A stretch of 64,000 nucleotides of DNA from Octopus vulgaris. Taxonomy: Eukaryota. Positions 12,805 through 26,034 of this stretch are shown in pieces. The DNA is taken from positions 82,398,001 through 82,462,000 of the forward strand of contig OX597824.1 of NCBI GenBank assembly GCA_951406725.2, read 5' to 3'. Below the pieces are notes generated by a model. It was not told the origin of the DNA, searched no databases, and was given only the letters and a program-made list of their open reading frames with translations. Every line of letters starts with the position of its first letter. The first letter of the stretch is position 1. The position numbers and the translations under genes were made by a program.

Positions 12805-13040
12805 TTTTACTCTTTTACTCTCTTTTACTTGTTTCAGTCATTTGACTGCGGCCAGGCTGGAGCACCGCTTTTTAGTCGAGCAAATCGTCCCAAGGACATA
12901 TTCTTTGTAAGCCTAGTACTTATTCTATCGGTCCCTTCTGCCGAACCACTAAGTGACGGGGACGTAACACACCAGCATCGGTTGTAAAGCAATATTGGGA
13001 GGGGACAAACACACACACACAAACATACACACACACACAA

Positions 13041-13081
<41 letters not shown>

Positions 13082-13242
13082 TATACGACGAGCTTCTTTC
13101 AGTTTCCGTCTACCAAATCCACTCACACGACTTTGGTCGGCCCGAGGCTATAGCAGAAGACACTCGCCCAAAGGTGGCACACGGTGAAACTGAACCCAGA
13201 ACTATGTATTTGGTAAGCAAGCTACTTACCGCACAGCCACTC
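12805..13242 (-). mobile_element. SINE family B
   Basis: Family B sequence; head-to-head with the copy at 13297. Confidence 0.85.
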
Positions 13243-13296
13243 GTTACACACACACACACACACACACATGCATACACCTACATAAGCATATATTAT

Positions 13297-13720
13297 AGGC
13301 GCAGGAGTGGCTGTGTGGTAAGTAGCTTGCTAACCAACCACATGGTTCCGGGTTCAGTCCCACTGCGTGGCATCTTGGGCAAGTGTCTTCTGCTATAGCC
13401 CCGGGCCGACCAATGCCTTGTGAGTGGATTTGGTAGACGGAAACTGAAAGAAGCCTGTCGTATATATGTATATATATATATAAGTGTGTGTGTATATGTT
13501 TGTGTGTCTGTGTTTGTCCCCCTAGCATTGCTTGACAACCGATGCTGGTGTGTTTACGTCCCCGTCACTTAGCGGTTCGGCAAAAGAGATCGATGGAATA
13601 AGTACTGGGCTTACAAAAGAATAAGTCCCGGGGTCGATTTGCTCCTCGACTAAAGGCGGTGCTCCAGCATGGCCGCAGTCAATTGACTGAAACAAGTAAA
13701 AGAGTAAAAGAGTAAAGAGT
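13297..13720 (+). mobile_element. SINE family B
   Basis: Full copy with (AAAGAGT)n tail. Confidence 0.9.
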
Positions 13721-14124
13721 ATTATAACCTTGAATTATTTACACATTTATTTTGCTTCTAGCTCCTCAGCTTCTTTATTATATAAATAAATGGTACATTA
13801 ATTTGCGTATAATCCTCGTATCAGAATTATGATGTTATATCTGGTTTAAAATATTCAAATTTTTCAGAGAGATAAGCTGTCGTTGTCAATGCTGGCTCTT
13901 GCTACTGTAGTAGTTGTTGTTGTTAATGTTATAGTTTTACCGGATTATTAACCTCATATTTAGAGTTTCTATTTACATAATTTATAATCTACAACATGTC
14001 TGAATCAGTTTCATATCGGATCGACATAGAGTGCCTTATTCCTTTCATATTCAGATGATACCAAATTGAATTAGAACTACGAGTATATATTTATAATTTA
14101 ACGTAATATTATCTTATCTCATGT

Positions 14125-14432
14125 GAGGGCGCGTGGCTTAGTGGTTAGGGCATTCGGCTCATGATCGTAAGGTTGTGAGTTCGATTCCCGGCGACGCGTT
14201 GTGTCCTTAAGCAAGACACTTTATTTCACGTTGCTCCAGTCCACTCAGCTGGCAAAAATGAGTTGTACTTGTATTTCAAAGGGTCAGCCTTGTCACTCTC
14301 TGTGTCACACTGATTATCCCCGAGAACTACGTTAAGGGTACACGTGTCTGTGGAATGCTCAGTTAATTTCACGAGCAAGCTGTTCCGTTGATCGTATCAG
14401 CTGGGACCCTCGTCGTCGTAACCGGCGGAGTC
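14125..14432 (+). mobile_element. SINE family C
   Basis: Matches the 3345 copy; TSD ATCTTATCTCAT. Confidence 0.85.
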
Positions 14433-14504
14433 TTTTTTTAAAAATCTTATCTCATATATTTAGCATAAATAATTAACGACAGTCAACGTGTATATTCACT
14501 TTTT

Positions 14505-14810
14505 TACTCACTTTTACTTGTTTCAGTCATTTCACTGCGGCCATGCTGGAGCACCGCCTCTAGTCGAGCAAATCGACCCCAGGATGTTCGGGGGACAAAC
14601 ACAGACACAAACATAACATACACATACAAATATATATACACATATACGACGGGCTTCTTTCAGTTTCCGTCTACCAAATCCACTCACAAGGTTTGGGTCG
14701 GCCCGAAACTATAGTAGAAGACACATGCCCAAGGTACCACGCAGTGGGAATGAACACGGAACCATGTTGTTGGTAAGCTTGCTACTTACCACACAGCCAC
14801 TCATGCGTAT
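14505..14810 (-). mobile_element. SINE family B, internally deleted
   Basis: Tail joined directly to the middle segment. Confidence 0.8.
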
Positions 14811-14842
14811 ATTTAGAATATTTAAAGTAATATTTATAATAT

Positions 14843-15004
14843 TAGGAGTGGCTGTGTGGTAAGTAGCTTGTTTACCAACCGCATGGTTCCGTGTTCAGTC
14901 CCACTGCGTGGCACCTTGGGCAAGTAAGTGTCTTTTACTATAGCCCCGGGCCGACCAAAGCCTTGTGAGTGGATTTGGTAGACGGAAACTGAAAGAAGCC
15001 CGTC

Positions 15005-15058
<54 letters not shown>

Positions 15059-15277
15059 TTGTGTGTCTGTGTTCGTCCCCCTAGCATTGCTTGACAACCG
15101 ATGCTGGTGTGTTTATGTCCCCGTTACCTAGCGGTTCGGCAAAGAGACCGATAGAATAAGTACTGGGCTTACAAAAGAATAAGTTCCGGGGTTGATTTGC
15201 TCGATTAAAGGTGGTGCTCCAGCATGGCCGCAGTCAAATGACTGAAACAAGTAAAAGAGTAAAAGAGAGTAAAGAGA
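14843..15277 (+). mobile_element. SINE family B
   Basis: Full copy, inverted relative to 14505-14810. Confidence 0.9.
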
Positions 15278-15592
15278 ATATCTGTATTTAGTTTGTATAT
15301 CTCCAATATTTGATGCGCATCTTATTGCAATGGCGATCATGCGCCGGTATGTATATACGTGTGATTGATTAAAAAAATCCTATATTCCTTTTGTTTGCAA
15401 TTAGTTTTGATTTGAGTAATTCCGTGGTCAAAAGAGAACTTCGACGGTGTGCTGAATCCTGGAATTGCTCCAAGAACGTTTAGGTCATTAGTCTCGTGTT
15501 GGAGGAACTAAGGAATTTTGATGACATAAGAATTATTGGAAATGAATTTAGGAGCCATTAAGATGAGAATACTTTGCAAAGTGTATATATAT

Positions 15593-15671
<79 letters not shown>

Positions 15672-15676
<5 letters not shown>

Positions 15677-15915
15677 AGAGATAGTATACCCTTACTTCTA
15701 ACCAAATAAAAAGAATTTTTCTTTTAAATACCTACTGTTTTATTCCATGGCTACACGTGTTTCTTGAGGTACATCCTTGGGTTCCTAAACCACTCCGTGT
15801 ACACGGATGTACCTCATGAAACACGTGTTGCCAAGGAATATAACAGTAGGTATTTAAAATAAAAATAAAAATTCGTTTTATTTAGTGACAAGTAGGGTTA
15901 TACTATCTCTAAATT
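15672..15915. mobile_element. inverted-repeat (foldback) module with hammerhead 3' halves
   Basis: ~105 bp arms; each carries GAAAC-ACGT-GT(A/T), but the CTGANGA half is missing at the inversion centre. Confidence 0.6.
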
Positions 15916-16757
15916 AAAATATATTTCTTCATTGAGAATAATTTGAACCTCTGTTATGCCGGAATTGTTATTCCCTAACAAATAATATTTATATATAGAT
16001 ATATAGATATATATTTGTGTGCGTGTGTGCTTGGTGTGTGTGTGTGTGTGTGTGAGTCTTTGTTCCATCGCAATCGCTTGTCAACCGCTGCTGGTGTGTT
16101 TATGTTCCTGTGAGAGGCCGATAGAATAAATACTAACCTCATGAAGAAAGTGTCCTGGGGTGGATTTCTTCGACTAACACCCTCTAAGGTGGTGCTCCAG
16201 CGTGGTCGCAGTCAAATGACTGAAACAAGTCAAAGAATAAAAGAGTATATACTGTATATGCTATAGGTTTTCATCAATGTTTTTCGCTCATTTCATCTCC
16301 CATCTGATATATATTATTTGTGCGCATGTATATACACACACATGCACACACACATATGCACTCATGCAGACAGACATATATATATTCATAAATTTACTCG
16401 TTCGGGTATACGTAAATATGCGTGCCAACGAGCGGGGGGGGGGTCGACCTTAAATTTGTGAATGAGCAACCGTCTGATGACGAAACGCGATCTGCAGGGA
16501 AATAAACAGCGGCATCCACTTCCTGTGACGTAGTTTGAGATCTGTGTGTAACAAGACCTTTAGGAAACAGCATTTGTTATTCTGATTTTGTTCATACCTA
16601 TAACTGGCACCCACCCACATACATACATGTAGATGTTTGTGTGGTAAGAAGCTTGCTTCCCAACCTCAAAGTTCTGGGTTCAGTACCACTGCGTGGCACC
16701 TTGGGCAAGTGTCTTTCTGCTATAGCCTTGGGCCTCCAAAGCCTTGCGCGTAGATTT

Positions 16758-16817
<60 letters not shown>

Positions 16818-16820
16818 CAT

Positions 16821-16860
<40 letters not shown>

Positions 16861-16887
16861 GTAAATGTAATATGTGACAATTATTTG

Positions 16888-16964
16888 GTAGCCATGATAA
16901 AACTCCGAGTTTCGGATGCCGAGGTGGAAAATCCACGCCGCCATCTCTTCAGTTATCCGGCCAT
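16888..16964 (-). ncRNA. type I hammerhead ribozyme motif
   Basis: - strand: TGGCC-gg-ATAA CTGAAGA GATGGCGGCGTGGATTTTCCACCTCGGCATC C GAAAC TCGGA GTT / TTAT-cat-GGCTA. Confidence 0.75.
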
Positions 16965-16976
16965 ACTATTTTTTCC

Positions 16977-17054
16977 GATGGCCGAATAGCTGAAGAGATG
17001 GCGGCGTGAATTTCCACCTCGGCATCCGAAACTCGGAGTTTTATCATGGCTATC
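16977..17054 (+). ncRNA. type I hammerhead ribozyme motif
   Basis: GATGGCC-ga-ATAG CTGAAGA(16990) stem II GATG..CATC, GAAAC(17028) TCGGA GTT(17040) TTAT-cat-GGCTATC; stem I pairs on both sides of an internal loop. Confidence 0.75.
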
Positions 17055-17163
17055 GAATAATTGTCACATATTGCTTTTACAGATAATTTCCTCTATTTAC
17101 GTAATACCGAGGTCGCTTTCATTCTTTTGTTGTCTTTCCATTTTTATCAATATATATATATAT

Positions 17164-17553
17164 TGAGTGGCTGTGTGGTATGTAGGTTGTTTACCAACCA
17201 CATTGTTCCGGGTTCAGTCCCACTGCGTGTCACCTTGGGCAACTGTCTTCTACTATAGCCTCGGGCCGACCAAAGCCTTGTGAGTGGATTTGGTAGACGG
17301 AAACTGAAAGAAGCCCGTCGTATATATGTATATATATATATGCGTGTGTGTGTTTGCGTGTCTGTGTTTGTCCCCCTAGCATTGCTTGACAATCGATGCT
17401 GGTGTGTTTATGTTCCCGTTACTTAGCGATTCGGCAAAAGAGACCGACAGAATAAGTACTAGGCTTACAAAAGAATAAGTCCCGGGGTCGAGTTGCTCGA
17501 TTAAAGGCGGTGCTCAAGCATGGCCACAGTCAAATGACTGAAACAAGTAAAGA

Positions 17554-17555
<2 letters not shown>
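17164..17555 (+). mobile_element. SINE family B
   Basis: Full copy, present only in the left palindrome arm. Confidence 0.85.
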
Positions 17556-17598
<43 letters not shown>

Positions 17599-18621
17599 GA
17601 ACTCTTCCATCGTTAGACGCCGCATGAGTGTTCGACAATTTATTACCGAACAACCACACGAAGGATTTGTTTAGAACTCATCAAATATTTGTGTTGACAT
17701 AAGCTCACTCCTTCCATCAAATTGATATTACCTGTACAGGTGTCGAATGATGTCGAAATGATCGCAGAGCAACATGAAATGAAGTGTTTTGCTCTAGAAC
17801 ACAGCCCCCCCCCCCAGGTCTGAGAATCGAACGCACGATGTCACAATATGCATGTGTGCGTGTGTGGGTCGGTGTTTGTGCCCCCACCCCCACGGCCGCA
17901 TCACTTGACAACCGGTGTTAGTGTGGTTACATCCCCCGTAACTTAGCGGTTCGGCAAAGTGACCGATGGAATAAGTACTAGGCTTAGATATAAGTCCTAG
18001 GGTCGAACTGTTCGACAAAAACACTCCAATATGGTGCTCCAGCATAGCCGCAATCAAAAGATTGAAACAGCTATATATATATACGTGTGTTAGTGTGTGT
18101 TTGTGTGTGTGTGTGTGCGTATGTATTTATGTATGGACACGCATCAAAGTTCGGTGAAAATGTACAAAACGTACGATAATGTTATATGTATTGGTATAAT
18201 CTTTTCCAAAAAAACTAAATGTACTCTTACGTTTCATTTAGAGAAATGAAATCTTTCAAAATTACATTTTTACACTTCCTTGTTATAATTTAACATATCT
18301 AAATGAAGTATTACGCTTTTTTTTTTTTTTTTTGTCGGATTTATCTGAAATGCTTTCAGATAAAAGACATCGAGAAGCTTCCAGATAAATCAGAAGACCA
18401 AAAAAAAAAAAGAAAAAATAGCGTAATACGTCATTTAGATATATTAAATCATAATAACAAAGTATAAAAGTGTAATTTTCGAAAGATTTCATTTCTCTAA
18501 ATGAAACGTAAAAGTACATTTAATTTTTCGGGAAACGATTATAGCAATCCATATAATGTTATCGTACATTTTCACCAACCTTTGGTGCATGTACATACAT
18601 AAATACACACACACACACACA

Positions 18622-18664
<43 letters not shown>

Positions 18665-19185
18665 CTGTTTCAGTCATTTGATTGCGGCTATGCTGGAGTA
18701 CCGGAATGAAGTGTTTTTGTCGAACGATTCGACCCCAGGACTTGTTTCTAGGCCTAGTACTTATTCCATCGGTCACTTTGCCGAAACGCTAAGTTACGGG
18801 GATGTAAGCACACCAACGCCAGTTGTCAAGCGATAATACCGTGGGGAGTGGGGCACACCGATACACACACACACATACACACACACGCATATTACGAGAT
18901 CGTGAGTTCGATTCCCAGACCTAGGGGTGGGCTGTGTTCTAGAGCAAAGCACTTCATTTCACTTCGCTCTGCAATCATTTCGACATCTGGCATGTGGCAC
19001 CCAGTTGCATCTGTACAGGTAATGCCAATTTGATGGAGGGAATGAGTTCATATCTACACAAATATTTGATCAATTTTGGACGGCCCGAGGCTATAGCAGA
19101 AGATACTTGGCCAAGGTGCCACGCAGTGGGACTGAACCTGGAACCTCATGTTTGGGAAACAAGCTTCTTACCACACAGCCTTATA

Positions 19186-19245
<60 letters not shown>

Positions 19246-19816
19246 CGTGTGTGTGCGTGTGTGGAGGGCTCGGGGCTTGTAAGTTGTAGGTATGAACAAA
19301 ATCAAAATAACAACTTCTGTTTCCTAAAGGTCCTGTTACACCCAGATCTAGAAATACGTCACAGGAAGTGGATGCCACTATTCATTTCTCTGCAGATTGC
19401 GTTTCGTCATCAGACGGTTGCTCATTCACAAATTTAAGGTCGACCCTCCCCCGCTCGTTGGTACGCATATTCACGTATACCCGAACGAGTAAATCTATGT
19501 GTCTGCTGTATGAGTGAATGCGTGTGTGTGTGTGTGTGTGCATATGTGTTTATATACATGCACACAAATAATATACATCAGATGGGAGATGATATGAGCG
19601 AAAAACATTGATCAAATAGCATATATATATATACTCTTTGACTTGTTTCAGCCATTTCACTGCAGACATGCTGGAGCACCACCTTAAAGGGTGTTAGTCG
19701 AAGAAATTGACCCCAGGACTTATTCTTTGTGAGTTTAGAACTTATTCTATCGGCCTCTCACAGAAACATAAACACACCAGCAGCGGTTGACAAGCGACTG
19801 CGATGGGACAAAGACT

Positions 19817-19887
<71 letters not shown>

Positions 19888-19915
19888 ACACAAGCACGCA
19901 AATATATATTATATA

Positions 19916-19951
<36 letters not shown>

Positions 19952-20239
19952 TGCATGCATGTATGTATGTATGTACGTATGTATGCATGCATATATATAA
20001 TCTTCAATTTGTTTCAGTCACTTTGACTGCGCCCATGCTGGAGCACCGCCTTTTAGTGGAAGAAATCGTCCCCAGGACTTCTTATTTATACGCCTAATAT
20101 ACTTATTCTATCGCTCTCTTTTGCTGAACCGGTACGATTGTTAAGCGATGGTGGAGGGACAATCCCGTAACTTAGCGGTTCGGCCAAAGAATCCGATAGA
20201 GTAATAGGCTAGCAAAGAGGGACAACACACACACAAACA

Positions 20240-20460
20240 TCCCTTTTCTGTCATGAATGACTATAGGATTGCGCCTAGAAACTTCCCCTCCGAAGCGCTA
20301 TTCCTAGTAAGGTTGTTTATGGAAGACCAGCGGTCGCCTATGCATACCACCCTCCCCTCTTCACTCCGCCGATACAGTTTGGCATCAGTTACATCGCAAA
20401 TCATTTTTACAGCTGAGTGAACTGGAACAACATAAAATTAAGTGTCTTGCTCAAGAATAT
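20240..20460 (-). mobile_element. SINE fragment related to the family C body, with a different tail
   Basis: Reverse of TTGAGCAAGACACTT..GTTCCAGTTCACTCAGCTG; a related copy lies at 46505-46680. Confidence 0.55.
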
Positions 20461-20633
20461 AATGTATCTGTGTATGTATCTACGTATGCAAAAATGCATA
20501 TATATACAAAATACACATATATACGAGCAATCGAATATATAAAATGGACCAAAAGCGCAATAGAGGACAATAAAACATTCGGACAGATAGACAATACAAA
20601 GGCGGACAGGAGAAATAACAATTAGGACAAGCA

Positions 20634-20794
20634 AAGGCGCAGGAGTGGCTGTGTGGTAAGTAGCTTGCTTACGATCCACATAGTTTCGGGTTCAGCCCCA
20701 CTGCGTGGCACCTTGGGCAAGTGTCTTCTACTATAGCCTCGGGCCGAACAAAAGTCTTATGAGTGGATTTGGTAGACGGAAACTGAAAGAAGCT

Positions 20795-20832
<38 letters not shown>

Positions 20833-21022
20833 TGTTTGTGTATCTGTGTTCCCCCACCATTTCCTGACAACACCGTAACTTAGCGGTTCGGCCAAAGAAT
20901 CCGATAGACTAATAGGCTTGCAAAGAATATGTCCTGGGGTGGAATTTGTTCGACTAAAAGAGGTGCTCCTGCACGGCCGCAGTCAAATGACTGATACAAA
21001 TATAGGAAAAAAAAGAATCAAA
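20634..21022 (+). mobile_element. SINE family B (diverged)
   Basis: Family B head and tail. Confidence 0.8.
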
Positions 21023-21047
21023 AGAACACACACACACACACACACAA

Positions 21048-21118
<71 letters not shown>

Positions 21119-21499
21119 CATACACAAGCAAACATGGGGAGGAGCTGTCTGTAATTAATATTGTATTGAGAATAACAGCGAATAATCAATGTGCAATTTT
21201 CCAATTCTATAAATGTCATATAGATATACTTTCTACAGTGCTAATAGTGCAGGGGTTACTAAGATATATAGTGGGGAGGTGGGGGTGTATGAATGCACGC
21301 ACGTGTAAACGTGCATATATTTATATATGCATATATGTGTGTATATATAGATTTGTATGTAAGCCCATGTATGTACCTGTGTATACATGTGTATGTATGA
21401 ATACACGGAAACTTAATTACATACATTCATTGTATATGTGTGTGTATATGTAGATACATATACATGTATTATACATACATAATATATTTGCCTATATAT

Positions 21500-21629
21500 T
21501 ACACACCCACTCATATACATATATACATACGTACGTAGAAACTTACATACATACTTACAACATACATACATCCGTACGTGCATGCATACATACATAGATA
21601 CACACACACACATACATACATACATACAT

Positions 21630-21660
<31 letters not shown>

Positions 21661-21726
21661 TACATGCATACATACATATATACATACATACAAACATACA
21701 TACACATATATACATACGTACATACA

Positions 21727-21759
<33 letters not shown>

Positions 21760-21882
21760 TCATACATACGTACGTACGTACATACATACATATATACATA
21801 CATACATACGTACATACATACGGACAGACATACATGCATACATACACACACACACACATACATACATGCATACATACATATA

Positions 21883-21916
<34 letters not shown>

Positions 21917-22063
21917 CATACGTACGTACGTACATACATACATATATACATACATACGTACATACATACAGACATACATGTATACATACATACATACATA
22001 CATACACACATACATATATATATACATACATACTTGCGTACATACATATATACATACATACAT

Positions 22064-22094
<31 letters not shown>

Positions 22095-22126
22095 TACATA
22101 CATGCATACATACATATATACATACA

Positions 22127-22160
<34 letters not shown>

Positions 22161-22670
22161 CATACGTACGTACGTACATACATACATATATACATACATA
22201 CGTACATACATACAGACATACATGCATACATACACACATACATACATACACACATACATATATACATACATACGTACGTACATACATACATATATACATA
22301 CATACGTACATACATACAGACATACATGTATACATACATACATACATACATACACACATACATATATACATACATACGTACGTACGTACATACATACATA
22401 TATACATACATACATACATACATACATTCATACATACATACATACACACATACATATATACATACATACGTATGTACGTACATACATACATACATACATA
22501 CACACATACATATATACATACATACGTACGTACATACATACATATATACATACATACATACATACATTCATACATACATACATACACACATACATATATA
22601 CATACATACGTATGTACGTACATACACACATACATACATACATACATACATACATACATACATACATACA

Positions 22671-22701
<31 letters not shown>

Positions 22702-22702
22702 G
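21500..22702. repeat. 1.2 kb compound (CATA)n array with internal higher-order duplications
   Basis: Directly visible; explains the long MYVC/HTYI ORFs. Confidence 0.95.
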
Positions 22703-22882
22703 AACGTACTTATGTGCGTACATATCCCTGTGGCTGTTACAGTGGAATTTCCGCTAGCCTGGAGTGATGACTGAACTTTCTGGTTGCTGTCTCCCTCGTC
22801 ATTAATCGCTCACTTCACGTTCCAGAGTTTCCATGCGATAGCAATTGATATGACTATGCACTGACAATTAGATAAAGACTAT

Positions 22883-22964
<82 letters not shown>

Positions 22965-23056
22965 TGTATGTATGTATGTATATAGGGAGAATTCACGAAA
23001 AAAAAAAAAAGAAAAAGACAAAGAAACCTGGTGTAGACAATAAACAGATGTATTGG

Positions 23057-23094
23057 CCTTTAACGTTTCGAACCTACGCTCTTCCACAGAAAGG
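23057..23094 (-). ncRNA. minimal hammerhead-like motif with CTGTGGA core, in a dispersed repeat (22985-23190)
   Basis: CCTTT CTGTGGA A GAGC GTAG GTTC GAAAC GTT AAAGG. Confidence 0.6.
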
Positions 23095-23186
23095 AACACA
23101 GAAAGAAACAAGGGAAAAAAATAAAGAATGTGTAGAGGCTAGCGATACCTACAACTGGGTGCGTGGCGTTCAATTAAATAATAAGA

Positions 23187-23232
<46 letters not shown>

Positions 23233-23527
23233 GTACAGGACGCCATATATATATGTATATGTGTGTGTGTGTGTATGTATGTATGTATATATATAGGGGG
23301 AGATAATAAAGTAGTGGTGATCTCAAAACGAAGGTGCGCGCGTGTGTGGAAGAGGGCTGGTGTAGGTGTGAAAATGTGGATCTGGAAAGTGGTCAGTGCT
23401 GGTGTGCGCATGGTGGTTTGTTGTGATGTGATGTGCTGTGTGGTATGGTGGTGTATGTTTTAGTGGTGTGTGTATGTATCTATATATGCATATATATATG
23501 TATTTATATATGCATGTATATTTGTGT

Positions 23528-23700
<173 letters not shown>

Positions 23701-23788
23701 CTTCAAATTTACAGAAAAGAAATGGCGAAGACAGGTGAAGGAAAAACAAGCAGACATATTAGTTTGAAACTCGGGAAGAATGGAAAAG

Positions 23789-23826
23789 TGTTTGACATTT
23801 CGAGCCTACGCTCTTCGACAGAAAGG
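23789..23826 (-). ncRNA. minimal hammerhead-like motif with CTGTCGA core (same repeat family, 23700-23960)
   Basis: CCTTT CTGTCGA A GAGC GTAG GCTC GAAAT GTC AAACA. Confidence 0.55.
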
Positions 23827-24020
23827 AATAAAAAAAAATTAGAATGAGGGAACGAAAGGAAAAACCGGAGTGAGAAAAAATATGTAGGGATTAGCGGTTC
23901 AACATGATACAATGACAAGAAGGAAGAGGCTGAGTGAAAGGGAAATAATAACAGTGATTAGTACGATGTTGATGGCTTGAATTTATATATCATACAAACA
24001 GAGCATATTAGACTGTGAGT

Positions 24021-24404
24021 GGAGGCGCAATGGCCCAGTGGTTAGGGCAGCGGACTCGCGGTCGTAGGATCGCGGTTTCGATTCCCAGACCGGGCGTTGT
24101 GAGTTTTTATTGAGCGAAAACACCTGAAAGCTCCACGAGGCTCCGGCAGGGGATGGTGGTGATCCCTGCTGTACTCTTTCACCACAACTTTCTCTCACTC
24201 TTACTTCCTGTTTCTGTTGTACCTGTATTTCAAAGGGCCGGCCTTGTCACTCTCTGTGTCACGCTGAATATCTCCGAGAACTACGTTAAGGGTACACGTG
24301 TCTGTGGAGTGCTCAGCCACTTACACGTTAATTTCACGAGCAGGCTGTTCCGTTGATTCGGATCAACCGGAACCCTCGTCGTCGTAACCGACGGAGTGCT
24401 TCCA
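24021..24404 (+). mobile_element. SINE family A
   Basis: Full copy; TSD ATTAGACTGTG. Confidence 0.9.
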
Positions 24405-25213
24405 TCCCATTAGACTGTGCAGAATCATGTTTATATGTATCCTGATGAGATGTTTCGAAAAGGCCGAAACTGATTAGTACCATCTTAAGCCCCAGCCAGC
24501 GAAAAGATTCGGACGGAGGTTTACATTTTCAGCTGGACAAAATTACACAAAATTATGCAGGGTGATGGCAGAGTATATGTATTTATCAATACATGAGCAT
24601 GTGTGAAAGGCGGCAAACTGGCAGAATCGTTAACTCGCTACGCTGCGTAAAATGCCTTCCAGCATTTATTTAGTCCTTAGATTTTAAGTTCAATTCCCGC
24701 CAAGGGGTTGACTTATTTTATCGACCCCAAAAGGATAAAATATCCCTTCCGGATTGATGATATAGGTACTAGTTGACCACTAGGGTTGATGTCATTGACT
24801 AGTCCCTTTCCATTAAAAACCGCTGGTCTTGTGCCAACATTTGAAACCTATAAACGAATACGTATGTGTTGAGCTAGATGACTATATACGTATTTAGGGT
24901 GGAGGTGGGTGGTTATATGTGTGTATGGGTGTGTGTTGCATATCGTATAATAGACTATTGTGTATTAATATCATAAATTTTATATGAGCAATAATGTATA
25001 GCTTTATTTACAAAGGAAATGTATTTTTGAATCTCTGGCTTTGTGCATTCTAGAGAATGCGAGCGAAAACTAAAAGTGCATATGTCCCCAAGCACACGTA
25101 TTTCGTGTGTGTGTGTGTGTTTGTATTACGTATGCATATATATATATATATTCACATGGTTATACGCATGTTTGTGTGTGTCTATATGTATATATATATA
25201 TACACCGCTGGTT

Positions 25214-25443
25214 CAGGCGGTGAGCTTGCAGAAGCGTTAGCACGACGAGTGAAATGCTTAGCAGTATTTCGTCTGCTGTTGCGTTCTGAGTTCAAATTCC
25301 GCCGAGGTCGACTTTGCCTTTCACCCTTTCGGGGTCGATGGAATAAGTACCAGTTATTCACTGGGGTCGATGTAATCGACTTAGACCGTGTGTCTGTCCT
25401 TGTTTGTCCTCTCTATGTTTAGCCCCTTGTGGGCAATAGAGAA

Positions 25444-25445
<2 letters not shown>
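25214..25445 (+). mobile_element. SINE family D
   Basis: Full family D sequence; an older copy lies at 24606-24850. Confidence 0.85.
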
Positions 25446-25491
<46 letters not shown>

Positions 25492-25492
<1 letters not shown>

Positions 25493-25803
25493 GAGGCGCA
25501 ATGGCCCAGTGGTTACGGCAGCGGACTCGCGGTTGTAGGATCGCGGTTTCGATTCCCAGACCGGGCGTTGTGAGTGTTTATTGAGCGAAAACACCTAAAG
25601 CTCCGCGAGGCTCCAGCAGTGGGTGGTGGCGATCCCTACTGTACTCTTTCGTCGCAACTTTCTCTCACTCTTACTTCTGTTGGCCTACTCGCTTGGCCAG
25701 CGGGGTGGCGTCATTTGAAGGCTAAAACAATGCGAAGCGCATTGTGACCAGCGATGTGTAGCAACATCTGATAGCCTGGTCGGTCATGGTGATCATGGTG
25801 GTG
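25492..25803 (+). mobile_element. SINE with family A head/body and an alternative 3' tail
   Basis: Matches family A to ~25678, then an unrelated tail ending (CATGGTGAT)n. Confidence 0.75.
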
Positions 25804-26034
25804 ATATATATATATATATATATATATACACATGTATATATATATATACATATATATAAAAATATCGTGTACATTAAAACACATTAAGAGGTATAAAAAT
25901 AGGAATGCCTTGTGTTAGAAAGAGCTGTAGAAAACTCAAACCACTAAGTAGAGATAAATTCTCGAAAGGAACGAAAATTAAAAACGTTTACCATCTAATT
26001 TAGTTTCTAGACCATGGTTTCTATATATATATAG

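Larger units (their letters stand above)
15990..19925. repeat. ~3.9 kb imperfect palindrome centred near 18365
   Basis: 16010-16740 mirrors 19080-19915, and 17680-18358 mirrors 18372-19070; 16810-17680 is present only in the left arm. Confidence 0.85.

Noticed and set aside
13670-13700. SINE-B tail AGTCA-AT-TGACT-GAAAC-AA-GTA resembling a hammerhead 3' half
   Set aside because: No CTGANGA upstream in any copy. It is better explained as a LINE-recognition stem-loop; a variant CAGCTC-GT-GAGCTG at ~2488 keeps the stem.
16470-16495. CTGATGACGAAAC (mirrored at ~19400)
   Set aside because: No stem II and no stem I pairing; the second copy is only the palindrome mirror.
21413-22774. 300-400 aa MYVC/HTYI ORFs
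   Set aside because: (CATA)n array lacking stop codons by composition.
22764-22864. Possible C/D snoRNA (GTGATGA..CTGA) or - strand exon
   Set aside because: No terminal stem or recognisable guide; stops in all exon frames.
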